56,208 bases of DNA from Alphaproteobacteria bacterium. GTDB taxonomy: Bacteria; Pseudomonadota; Alphaproteobacteria; GCA-2731375. Below are positions 19,162 through 27,455 of the stretch, one piece after another. Under the pieces are notes generated by a model, which ran no database searches, had not been told where the DNA came from, and worked only from the letters and a program-made list of their open reading frames with translations. Position 1 is the stretch's first letter; every line of letters starts with the position of its first letter. The stretch is from assembly GCA_041940205.1 (NCBI GenBank), contig JBGTSP010000003.1:1-56208 (forward strand), given 5' to 3'. Position numbers and translations under genes: made by a program.

Positions 19162-20259
19162 TCATTGGGGAATCCCCCGGTGCGGCGACCACAGGCCGCC
19201 CAGCCGGCGCAGGTTGCGGTGCCAGGCGATGCGCGGTCCGGCGCTCAGGCGCACTTCGCGGCGCAGCCGCGCGAGGGGACCGTGCGGTTTTGCGAACAGG
19301 CTCTCGAAATCAGCCACGGCGCGCTCGAACTCGGCGACCGCGGGCGGGCGGGTCAGGGCCGCGGGCAGGTCCTCGAGCGGCGCGCCAAGATGCCCGGCCA
19401 GCGCCAGCCAGGCGTTCAGCGGCGCGAGAAAGCCGCCGCGCCGACCCCGCCAGACCAGCTCGTCGCCGTCGATCGGTCCGGCCCGGCCGGCCAGCAGCGC
19501 CATGCTGTCGACCATGCCCTTGGCGCTGGCCGGGCCCAGCAGGTCGCGGGCGCCGTGCGTCGCCGCCAGCAGCAGGGCATGACTGGCCGCCGGCACCGCC
19601 ATCGACCCCAGCTCGGTCTCGACCGGCCGCGCGGCGGCGATCAGGTCGTCCGCCGGCAGGCCGAGATGCACCGGCCAGGCGTCGGGATGCACGTGCAGGT
19701 CGAGATTGATGGCGCCCGTGGCGTCGATCACCGGCTGGAAACTGGCGTCGCCGACGAAACCCCAGGGCGATCGCGATTCCGGCGGGCGGAAATCCAGGCC
19801 TTCCGCCTGCAGCGCCGTCACCGCCGCGGGCAGTTCGGCCTCCGCGACCAGGACGTCGACATCGCTCAGGCCGCGATCGTCCGGGGCGGCATAGAGCGTG
19901 TAGGCCGAGGCCGCGCCCTTCAGCAGCACCGGGGCGAGGCCGGCCGCCTGCAGCCGTCCCACCGCCTTGAGGCCCGACAGGCGCCGGAACCGGGCAACGA
20001 GACGGGCCCCGGCCACGGTTTCCTCTTCGGTTCGCGGGGTCGCCAGCAGGGCGGCGGCGGTCGCCGGCGAGGTCAGATCGGCAAAGCGGCGCCAGGCCGC
20101 GGCCGCCACCGGCGCGTCGCCGGCCTCGCCGCGCAGGGCGGCGCGGGCGACGGTCCGCCACAACAGGGCGCCGTCCGTCCGGGCCACGCCGACGACCGGT
20201 CCCGCGGGATCGCCGGGGGGCGTCGGATCGGCTTCCGATACTGTCCTGGAATGGGACAT
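19162..20259 (-). CDS. Nucleotidyltransferase family protein (NTP_transf_5-like)
   Basis: LLKGAASAYTLY....RGLSDVDVLV and NLDLH motifs. Start uncertain (20259 or 20340). Confidence 0.75.
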   Translation of the reverse strand: MSHSRTVSEADPTPPGDPAGPVVGVARTDGALLWRTVARAALRGEAGDAPVAAAAWRRFADLTSPATAAALLATPRTEEETVAGARLVARFRRLSGLKAVGRLQAAGLAPVLLKGAASAYTLYAAPDDRGLSDVDVLVAEAELPAAVTALQAEGLDFRPPESRSPWGFVGDASFQPVIDATGAINLDLHVHPDAWPVHLGLPADDLIAAARPVETELGSMAVPAASHALLLAATHGARDLLGPASAKGMVDSMALLAGRAGPIDGDELVWRGRRGGFLAPLNAWLALAGHLGAPLEDLPAALTRPPAVAEFERAVADFESLFAKPHGPLARLRREVRLSAGPRIAWHRNLRRLGGLWSPHRGIPQ

Positions 20260-20326
20260 TGACGCTCCGTGTTCGCCTTCGTCTACGATGGGCAGCGACG
20301 CGAACGCGCCCAACATACTATATTTT

Positions 20327-20389
20327 GTGTCTCGAGACACGATCCGTGGTAGGTTCGATGGTCCCGAACTTGCAGGTCACAGTGTGACC
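20327..20389. promoter_or_regulatory. Two palindromes in a divergent promoter region
   Basis: Perfect GTGTCTCGAGACAC (20327-20340) and GGTCACA-g-TGTGACC (20375-20389) next to the AT-rich CATACTATATTTT tract. Confidence 0.4.
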
Positions 20390-20416
20390 CGCCCGCAACG
20401 GAGCACCATCCCGCCC

Positions 20417-21571
20417 ATGCTTCAGATTGGACAGTCGAGAGGGAAATCAACGCTCGCCGCGTTCGGATTCGCGCTCGTTCTCGCGCTCGCCGCGACCGGT
20501 CGCGCGGACGCCCAGGGCGTCAGCCGGGTCGATGCCCTGCAGGGCGCCCTTTCCGGCACGCCCGAGGGTCTCGAACTCGTGCGGGCCTATCTCGAGGGCG
20601 GCCGGGCCAATCCCGGCGGCATCTCGCAGCGCGCCCTCGATCTGATCAGCGCCCTGCCGGAATCCGAGGCGGCACAGGATTCGGTCCTGATCGCGGAAAC
20701 CGCCAACGTGATCTCGCAGGCCGCGGACGATGCAATGACCTCCCTGAAGATCATCAAGGTCAGCGTCCTTGCCGACTTCCAGCTTGCCCAGAACGCGCTG
20801 GGCTTCGATTTCGGCCCGGCCGACGGCGACACGATGCCCGGCTTCACCCGGGTCACCGCCAGCGACCCCCGTCTTGCCAACCAGCCGGTTCGCGCGTTGC
20901 GGCGGCCCAACGGCGATCCGCTGCTGACCGACGGCATGGAAGGCCTGCGCCGCTTCAGCGTGGACGTGCCCAACGGGCGCTGGCGGGTGGTGCTGCTGAC
21001 CGACAATACCGGCGTGGACGACCAGACCGTGCAGCCCTTCGGCGGCGCGCTCAACATCAACGGCGTGCGCCTGAACGTGGCGCGCCAGACCCCCGACAAC
21101 TGGGTCGACGAGGCCTTTCTCGGACGGTCCCGCCCCAACCTGCGGGCGCCTTCGGACAATGCCAGCGCTGAATCGCTGACCCAGCCGACCGCGCTGGAGG
21201 GTGGACTGCTCGACCAGGCCCGCCAGAGCGCGACCGGCACCCGGACCGGCGGCATGATCGTCACCGATATCGACGTCGACAAGGGCGCCATCAGCCTGGA
21301 CATCCAGGACCTGATCGCCGGCAATTCCTACATCACCGGCCTGATCATCGAGCCGGCCGAGGATTCCGGCGTCCTCGCCCTCTCGCCCGACGCCTACGAG
21401 CTGGCCGCGCGCAACCAGGAAGGCGTGCTGAACGCCAAGGAGGAGATCGCCTCCGCGGTCGGCGAACTGCTTTCGGAAGTGGCCTCGGCCGCCGGCCCCG
21501 GCGAACGCGCCGAGCTGCTGGACCTGGACGAACCGGTCGCGCGACCCAACGACGTGGTGAGCCCGAACTGA
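20417..21571 (+). CDS. Secreted hypothetical protein with galactose-binding-like beta-sandwich domain
   Basis: Signal peptide ending ADA-Q. FDFGPADG...PGFTRVT and FSVDVPNGRWRV resemble CBM-like modules. Ends VVSPN. Confidence 0.7.
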   Translation: MLQIGQSRGKSTLAAFGFALVLALAATGRADAQGVSRVDALQGALSGTPEGLELVRAYLEGGRANPGGISQRALDLISALPESEAAQDSVLIAETANVISQAADDAMTSLKIIKVSVLADFQLAQNALGFDFGPADGDTMPGFTRVTASDPRLANQPVRALRRPNGDPLLTDGMEGLRRFSVDVPNGRWRVVLLTDNTGVDDQTVQPFGGALNINGVRLNVARQTPDNWVDEAFLGRSRPNLRAPSDNASAESLTQPTALEGGLLDQARQSATGTRTGGMIVTDIDVDKGAISLDIQDLIAGNSYITGLIIEPAEDSGVLALSPDAYELAARNQEGVLNAKEEIASAVGELLSEVASAAGPGERAELLDLDEPVARPNDVVSPN

Positions 21572-21593
21572 ACGCATCCTGAACGGCAGGCCG

Positions 21594-23117
21594 ATGCAGG
21601 CGGACAACAACGGACGGCGCCCCGGGGGGCGCGGCGTCCGCCTGTCCGTTCTGGCGCTGGCGCTGGCGCTGCCCGCGCCGCTCGCCGCCCAGACCATCAA
21701 TCTCGCCAACGACCTCAAGGCCGAGGCCGATGCGCTGAAGGAGCGGGTGGGCAGCCGCGCCCGTCCGGAGTTCGATCCGATCGGCCTGCGTCTCGGCCAG
21801 GCGCTGCAGTTCCCCCTCGATCTCGTCATGGGCCGCGAGGACAGCCTGGGCGAGGCTTCGGGCGACGGTCTCGTGCGGCTGAAGTCGCCTGCTCTCGAGG
21901 GCGCCGGGCTGGAGCGGGTGGAAGACGACGAGAAGCAGGGTTTCTTCGACCGCTTCGACCTCTCCCGCATGCGCCTGGCGGACGGCTGGCTCGACGACTT
22001 CATCCTGAAGCCGTCGCTGGAAATCGGTACCGATTTCGACAGCAACATCTTCCGCGACCCGGACACGGATTCCACCGGCCGGTCGGGACGCACAGACGGC
22101 GACTTCATTACCGTGTTCAAGCCCGGCCTGACGCTGGAATCGGACTGGGAACAGCACAAGCTGACCCTGGCCGCCTCGACCGAGATCGGCCGCTACGCCG
22201 ACTTCGGCAAGGAGGATTACGCCGACTACACGGTCTCGATGAAGCCGCGGATCGACATCGACGAGGACACCTTCCTCGACCTCTCGGCGCAGTACACCCG
22301 CAACCATGTCTCGCGCGGCGCCATCGACCAGGCCTTCCAGGGCACCGATCCGTCGGTGCAGACCTCCTGGGACCTGCAGGCGCTCTGGAGCTACAAGCTC
22401 GATCCCTACTCGGTGCGCTACACCTATACCTACGACTTCACCAATTTCCGCGACGTCGACCAGACCGACAACGACTTCCTCGACCGTTACGACCACGACC
22501 ACGTGCTGCGCCTCGGCTACGAGTTCCAGCCCGGGACCGTGGCCTGGATCGCCCCGGCCTACAGCCAGCGCGAGTTCCGCCGCTCGCGCGACGCCAGCGG
22601 CCTGAACCGCGAGAACACCGGCATGCGGCTGCTGGGCGGCCTGACCTACGACGTCTCCGCCGTGACCTTCGCGGAAGTCGGCGCCGGCTATTTCACCCGC
22701 GACTTCACCGACAAGGCCATCGCCGGCGTCGAAGGGTTCTCCTACGACGCCCGCATCGTCTGGAACCCGACCCCGACCAACACCTTCGACCTGACCTTCA
22801 GCCGGGACTTCTCGGACCAGAACGTGGTCGGCGGTTCGGGCTCGGAATCCTCCAGCCTCAGCCTGACCGCGGAATGGGACCCGCTGCCCAATCTCGTGCT
22901 GTCCGGCACCTTCAGCTTCCAGGATGTCGATTTCGCCGCAGCGGCCGGTTCCAGCCGCGAGGACGACATCTATCGCTTCGCCCTGTCCGCGCGTTACCTG
23001 CTGTCGAAGAACATCTTTCTCGAGGGGCGCTACGAACGCCTGATCACGGATTCGTCAGACCGGGACAATGCCTTTGAAGCCGACGTACTTGGCATAAATC
23101 TTGGTTTCCAGTTGTAG
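21594..23117 (+). CDS. Outer-membrane beta-barrel, polysaccharide-export associated (BBP2/VpsM/EpsX-like)
   Basis: Signal peptide, RPEFDPIGLRLG, DSNIF, alternating beta-strands, C-terminal INLGFQL. Lies directly before the OPX gene. Confidence 0.85.
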   Translation: MQADNNGRRPGGRGVRLSVLALALALPAPLAAQTINLANDLKAEADALKERVGSRARPEFDPIGLRLGQALQFPLDLVMGREDSLGEASGDGLVRLKSPALEGAGLERVEDDEKQGFFDRFDLSRMRLADGWLDDFILKPSLEIGTDFDSNIFRDPDTDSTGRSGRTDGDFITVFKPGLTLESDWEQHKLTLAASTEIGRYADFGKEDYADYTVSMKPRIDIDEDTFLDLSAQYTRNHVSRGAIDQAFQGTDPSVQTSWDLQALWSYKLDPYSVRYTYTYDFTNFRDVDQTDNDFLDRYDHDHVLRLGYEFQPGTVAWIAPAYSQREFRRSRDASGLNRENTGMRLLGGLTYDVSAVTFAEVGAGYFTRDFTDKAIAGVEGFSYDARIVWNPTPTNTFDLTFSRDFSDQNVVGGSGSESSSLSLTAEWDPLPNLVLSGTFSFQDVDFAAAAGSSREDDIYRFALSARYLLSKNIFLEGRYERLITDSSDRDNAFEADVLGINLGFQL

Positions 23118-23161
23118 TGTCCGCCCCTTCGGACGTCCGCAACCGCCAGGGAGAGCGCGCC

Positions 23162-23701
23162 ATGGGTATTCTGTTCCGCCGTCTCGGCCTGATCGCCGGT
23201 CTGCTGCTGCTCGTGTCCGGTGCGGCGCAGGCGCAGCTTGCGGAGTACCGTCTGGGCCCCGGGGACAAGCTCAATGTCACCGTGTTCGGTCATCCCGACC
23301 TGTCGGCGGAGGCGACGGTGGACGCCAACGGGCGCGTGACGCTGCCGCTGCTCGGCCAGGTCGTGGCGGCGCCGCTGCAGGTGCATGAACTGCAGGACGA
23401 GATCGCCCGCCGGCTGAACGAGGACTACATCGTCGAACCCAAGGTCAGCGTCGAGATCACCAAGTACCGGCCGTTCTTCATTCTCGGCGAGGTCGAGAAG
23501 CCCGGCCGCTACGACTACACGCTGGGGATCACCGTCCGCATGGCGATCGCCGTCGCCGAGGGCTACACCAAGCGGGCCCGCGAGGAACCCGTGATCATCG
23601 TTCGCGAGAACGCCGAGGGCCAGGGCGTGCGCTATCGCGCCCGGCTCGACACCCTCGTCTTCCCGGGCGACACCATCCAGATCCAGCGCCGCCTGTTCTG
23701 A
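23162..23701 (+). CDS. Short polysaccharide export (OPX) protein
   Basis: YRLGPGDKLNVTVFG, G..TLPLLG and GEVEKPGRY. Single SLBB domain; ends RRLF. Confidence 0.9.
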   Translation: MGILFRRLGLIAGLLLLVSGAAQAQLAEYRLGPGDKLNVTVFGHPDLSAEATVDANGRVTLPLLGQVVAAPLQVHELQDEIARRLNEDYIVEPKVSVEITKYRPFFILGEVEKPGRYDYTLGITVRMAIAVAEGYTKRAREEPVIIVRENAEGQGVRYRARLDTLVFPGDTIQIQRRLF

Positions 23702-24123
23702 AGGATGGGCGCCCCGGCGGCGCCCCGACGCCGACCGGAACGCCGTGCAATCGCCGCCCTGTCGGCCATCTGACGGCGCGCCGTCGCGCCCCCTCTGCCG
23801 GCCCGGCCGATCACGAGTCCTTGTGAAGTGATTCGCGTGGCGCGTGATTTGCAGAGCATTTTATCAAAACAATCAAGATGTGGACGAGATGAGTCTGACG
23901 AACCACAACAAAATGCGGTTGAACCAAGCGTTCAGACGATTCATTAAAGGCCAGGTTGAGATTGTTAGGGTAACACACTGAAATTTAGGCATGTTCCTTG
24001 AGACTCGGATGCCATGTACAGGGATCGGACAATGACCTGTACGGATCTGAAACAGGGAACCAGGCTGGGAATCCTAATGTGGGTCACGGCGATACAGATT
24101 CGGGACACGGGAACGGCTAGGGG

Positions 24124-26721
24124 ATGAGCAACATCACCTACATGCCGGTGCCGGCGAACGACGGCCGACGCAACCCCGAGGATTTCCTCGAGGACGCGCC
24201 GGCGTTTTCCGCCGACCCGCAGGTTCCGCTCGTCGGACCGGGCGCGCCGCAGGGCCAGCCGCACGCACAGCCTTTCGGCCCCGGCTACCCGCCGATGGCG
24301 CCGGGTCACCTCAGCGCCACGATCGGCCAGTCCGGCGATTCCATGGTCGACCTGCGCCAGCTGCTGCACATGCTGTGGCGGCGCAAGTGGACGATCGTGT
24401 TCACCTCTGTCCTGTTCCTGGTGGCGGCCTTCTTCTTCCTGCAGCGCGCGGTGCCGCGCTACGTCGCCTCCGCCCAGGTGCTGATCGAGGAGCCGCAGAC
24501 CGGTCCGCTGGATTTCCAGCGGGTCTTCCAGGCCGGCGGTTTCGATTTCCAGCGCAACGACACCGAGGCCGCGATCCTGATGTCGCGCGAGCTGGTCCGC
24601 AAACTGGTGCTGCGGGATCTCGAGATCGACCAGATGACGCTGCTGGCGGAGATCGACGAGAGCGACCGCGAGGCCTGGGAGCAGGCCCGGCGCGCCGCCG
24701 ACCTGCAGGGGGTCGTGGCCGACAGCGGTCGCCTGAACCTGCTGGAAAACCCCTACTTCAATCCCTACGCGAAGCAGCGCGCCGAGGCGGCGCTGGCCGA
24801 GCTGGCCAAGGACGATCCCTCGTTGCGGGCGCCGGCATCGCTGCTCGACCACCTGAGCGGTTTCGATCCGCGCGCCCTGCTGCCCGAATGGGTGCGCCTG
24901 CAGCTGCAGCAGTCGAAGGAAGCCGAGGAAGTCGTCGTGCCGCTGACCGAGGGCCAGCAGCTCGCACTCGAGGTCGACGCGGTGATCGACAATTTCCTGC
25001 TCGGCGTCGGGGTCACCTCCTCGCAGAATTCGCGCGTGCTGACGGTGTCTTACGAATATCCCTCCGCCTATCTGGCCGCGGTCTACGCCAACGCGCTGTC
25101 GCAGGAATACGTCACCGACACCATCACCAAGAAGTCGGAGCGCTCGGCCCAGGATGTCGGCGCGCTCCGGGAATCGCTCGAGGTGCTGAAGGCCGAGGTC
25201 GAACAGGCCCAGCGCAAGCTCGAAGCCCATCGCCGAGAGGTCGGCTATACCGACATCAAGGGCCAGGCGGACCTGCTCGGCCAGCAGCTCGCGCAGCTCA
25301 ACGCCGACCTGATCCGCGCGCGCAACGAGCGCATCGAGGCCCAGGCCCGGTTCGACCAGGTCCAGAAGCTGCTGGAGAATCCCGACGGCGGCAACACCGC
25401 GCTCAGCGTGCTCAACAACCAGCTGATCCAGCGCCTGCGCGAGCAGGAAGCCGAGGTCTCGCGCGCCTTTGCCGATCTCTCGACGCAGCTCCGCGGCAAG
25501 CATCCCCGGCTGATCAACAAGAAGAACGAGCTGCTCGACATCCGCAAGAAGATCGACGAGGAAGTCGCCAAGATCGCCCTCAATCTCGGCAACGAGCTGG
25601 AGATCGCCGAGGTCCGCGAACTCAGCCTGTTCAACGCGGTCACCGATCTGGAAAACCAGATCAAGGAGCAGAACGAGAACCTGGTGACGCTCGAGGCGCT
25701 GCAGGCGGACGTCGAGGCCCAGATCGCGGTGCGCGATTCCGTGCTCGAGCGCTTCAAGGAACTCGACCTGCAGGGCCAGCAGATCCAGCGCGCCGACGCC
25801 CGGCTGATCTCGATGGCGGTGCCGCCGTCCAGTCCCTCCTATCCGCGCAAGGGCCTGATCATGGCGCTCGCCCTGTTCGCATCGATCGCGGTGGGCATCG
25901 TTCTGGTCTTCATTCTCGAGCAGCTCGATTCCGGCTTCCGTTCGATGCCGCAGCTCGAGCAGGTCACCGGCGTGCCGGCGATCGGCATCGTCCCCAAGCT
26001 GCGCTCCATGGGCATCCGCAACCAGGAGCCGCAGGACGTCATCGTCGAGAAGCCCAACTCGGTCTATTCCGAAGCGATCCGGACCATCCGCACCTCGGTG
26101 CTGCTGTCCGGTCCGCAGGCGCCCAAGACCGTGCTGTTCACCTCCTCGATGCCGGCCGAGGGCAAGACCTCGGTCGCGGCCTCGGTGGCCCGGTCGTCGG
26201 CCAAGGCCGGCCAGCGCACGATCATCGTCGATTGCGACATGCGCCATCCCTCGCTGCACGAGGCCTTCGACGTGCCGAACATTCGCGGCCTGGCGGAATA
26301 TCTCGGCGGCGAGTGCGCGCTCGAGGATGTCGTGGACATCGACGACCGTTCGGGCGCCCACTACATCTCCGCCGGCCATCACGTGCCGCATCCGACCGAC
26401 ATGCTGGGTTCGCGGCGGATGCTTGAACTGATCGAGCGCCTGAAGGCGACCTACGACCTGGTGATCTTCGACACCCCGCCGGTGCTCGCGGTCTCCGACG
26501 TGATGGTGCTGCTGCGCCGGGTCGACAAGACCGTCTACCTGGTGCGCTGGGGCGTCACCCGGCGCGAGGCCGTGACCGCCGGCGTGCGGCAGATGCTGGA
26601 CGGCAATGCCGATCTCGCCGGCCTGGTGCTGACCCAGGTCGATACCCGCAAGCATTCGGGCTACGGCTACGGCGGTTACCGCTACTACTATGGCGCCAAC
26701 CAGCGCTACTACCAGAGCTGA
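24124..26721 (+). CDS. wzc: Wzc-type polysaccharide co-polymerase/tyrosine autokinase
   Basis: Two TMs, coiled-coil periplasmic domain, TSSMPAEGKT, DCDMRHP, DTPP, and C-terminal Tyr cluster GYGYGGYRYYYGANQRYYQS. Confidence 0.93.
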   Translation: MSNITYMPVPANDGRRNPEDFLEDAPAFSADPQVPLVGPGAPQGQPHAQPFGPGYPPMAPGHLSATIGQSGDSMVDLRQLLHMLWRRKWTIVFTSVLFLVAAFFFLQRAVPRYVASAQVLIEEPQTGPLDFQRVFQAGGFDFQRNDTEAAILMSRELVRKLVLRDLEIDQMTLLAEIDESDREAWEQARRAADLQGVVADSGRLNLLENPYFNPYAKQRAEAALAELAKDDPSLRAPASLLDHLSGFDPRALLPEWVRLQLQQSKEAEEVVVPLTEGQQLALEVDAVIDNFLLGVGVTSSQNSRVLTVSYEYPSAYLAAVYANALSQEYVTDTITKKSERSAQDVGALRESLEVLKAEVEQAQRKLEAHRREVGYTDIKGQADLLGQQLAQLNADLIRARNERIEAQARFDQVQKLLENPDGGNTALSVLNNQLIQRLREQEAEVSRAFADLSTQLRGKHPRLINKKNELLDIRKKIDEEVAKIALNLGNELEIAEVRELSLFNAVTDLENQIKEQNENLVTLEALQADVEAQIAVRDSVLERFKELDLQGQQIQRADARLISMAVPPSSPSYPRKGLIMALALFASIAVGIVLVFILEQLDSGFRSMPQLEQVTGVPAIGIVPKLRSMGIRNQEPQDVIVEKPNSVYSEAIRTIRTSVLLSGPQAPKTVLFTSSMPAEGKTSVAASVARSSAKAGQRTIIVDCDMRHPSLHEAFDVPNIRGLAEYLGGECALEDVVDIDDRSGAHYISAGHHVPHPTDMLGSRRMLELIERLKATYDLVIFDTPPVLAVSDVMVLLRRVDKTVYLVRWGVTRREAVTAGVRQMLDGNADLAGLVLTQVDTRKHSGYGYGGYRYYYGANQRYYQS

Positions 26722-27436
26722 AGCGGGCCGGACCCACCGCCGCCGCCGGCCCTCGCCGGCGCACGGCGCGCTCTGCCTGTGCGCCGGGCTGGCGCTGATC
26801 GCGCTCGGCTGGCCCCGGGTTATGGCGGCACTGGAGGCCGCGCCGTCCGATCACGTTCTCTGGCAGATCGACCGCGGGATCGCGGTCGGTGACGACGAAC
26901 TGGCGCTGGCCGAACGCACGCTTGCGGCGGCGCTGAAGCGGCATGACGGGGCGGTGCATTCGGGCGAGCGCGGTCTCATCCTGATGCGCCTCGGCCTGCG
27001 TCACGGCTTCGGCGACATTCCGCCGGCGGTGCCGCCGCAGCGCCTCGTCACCACCCATCGCCACAGCCTGACCCTGGATCCGGGCGACCCCTATGTCTGG
27101 CTGCGCCTGGCCCAGAGTCATCTGCTGCGGGACGGCCGGGAAGCCGCCGGCGCGGCGGCCCTGTCGCGGGCGTTGCACCTGGCGCCGAACGAACGGGCGC
27201 TGCAGTACCGGCGGCTCGATCTCGCCCTGCTGTACTGGCCGCAGCTTGGCGAGGACGACCGGAGGATCGCCCGGGCCGACATCCGGGCCCTGGCCTGGCA
27301 CGACGTGAAATCGCTGATCGCGACGACGCTGCGGCGTCACGCCCTGGCCCCGGTTCGCCAGGCCCTGCTGGCCCAACCCGAACTGCTCAGGTCCTTCGAC
27401 CGCTTCTACCGCGAGGCGCTGCTGGCGCGCAGCTAG
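26690..27436 (+). CDS. Membrane-anchored TPR-like protein (VpsP-like)
   Basis: N-terminal TM, LDPGDPYVWLRLA, ALHLAPNE and LLYWPQL. Follows wzc. Start uncertain. Confidence 0.6.
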   Translation: MAPTSATTRAEAGRTHRRRRPSPAHGALCLCAGLALIALGWPRVMAALEAAPSDHVLWQIDRGIAVGDDELALAERTLAAALKRHDGAVHSGERGLILMRLGLRHGFGDIPPAVPPQRLVTTHRHSLTLDPGDPYVWLRLAQSHLLRDGREAAGAAALSRALHLAPNERALQYRRLDLALLYWPQLGEDDRRIARADIRALAWHDVKSLIATTLRRHALAPVRQALLAQPELLRSFDRFYREALLARS

Positions 27437-27455
27437 AGACGGTCGCCCGGCCGGG

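Noticed and set aside
19162-20259. Lasso peptide cluster suggested by the NTP_transf_5 gene
   Set aside because: No asparagine-synthetase-like cyclase, PqqD/RRE or precursor is in the window. The cysteine protease present is BTLCP-type, not lasso B2.
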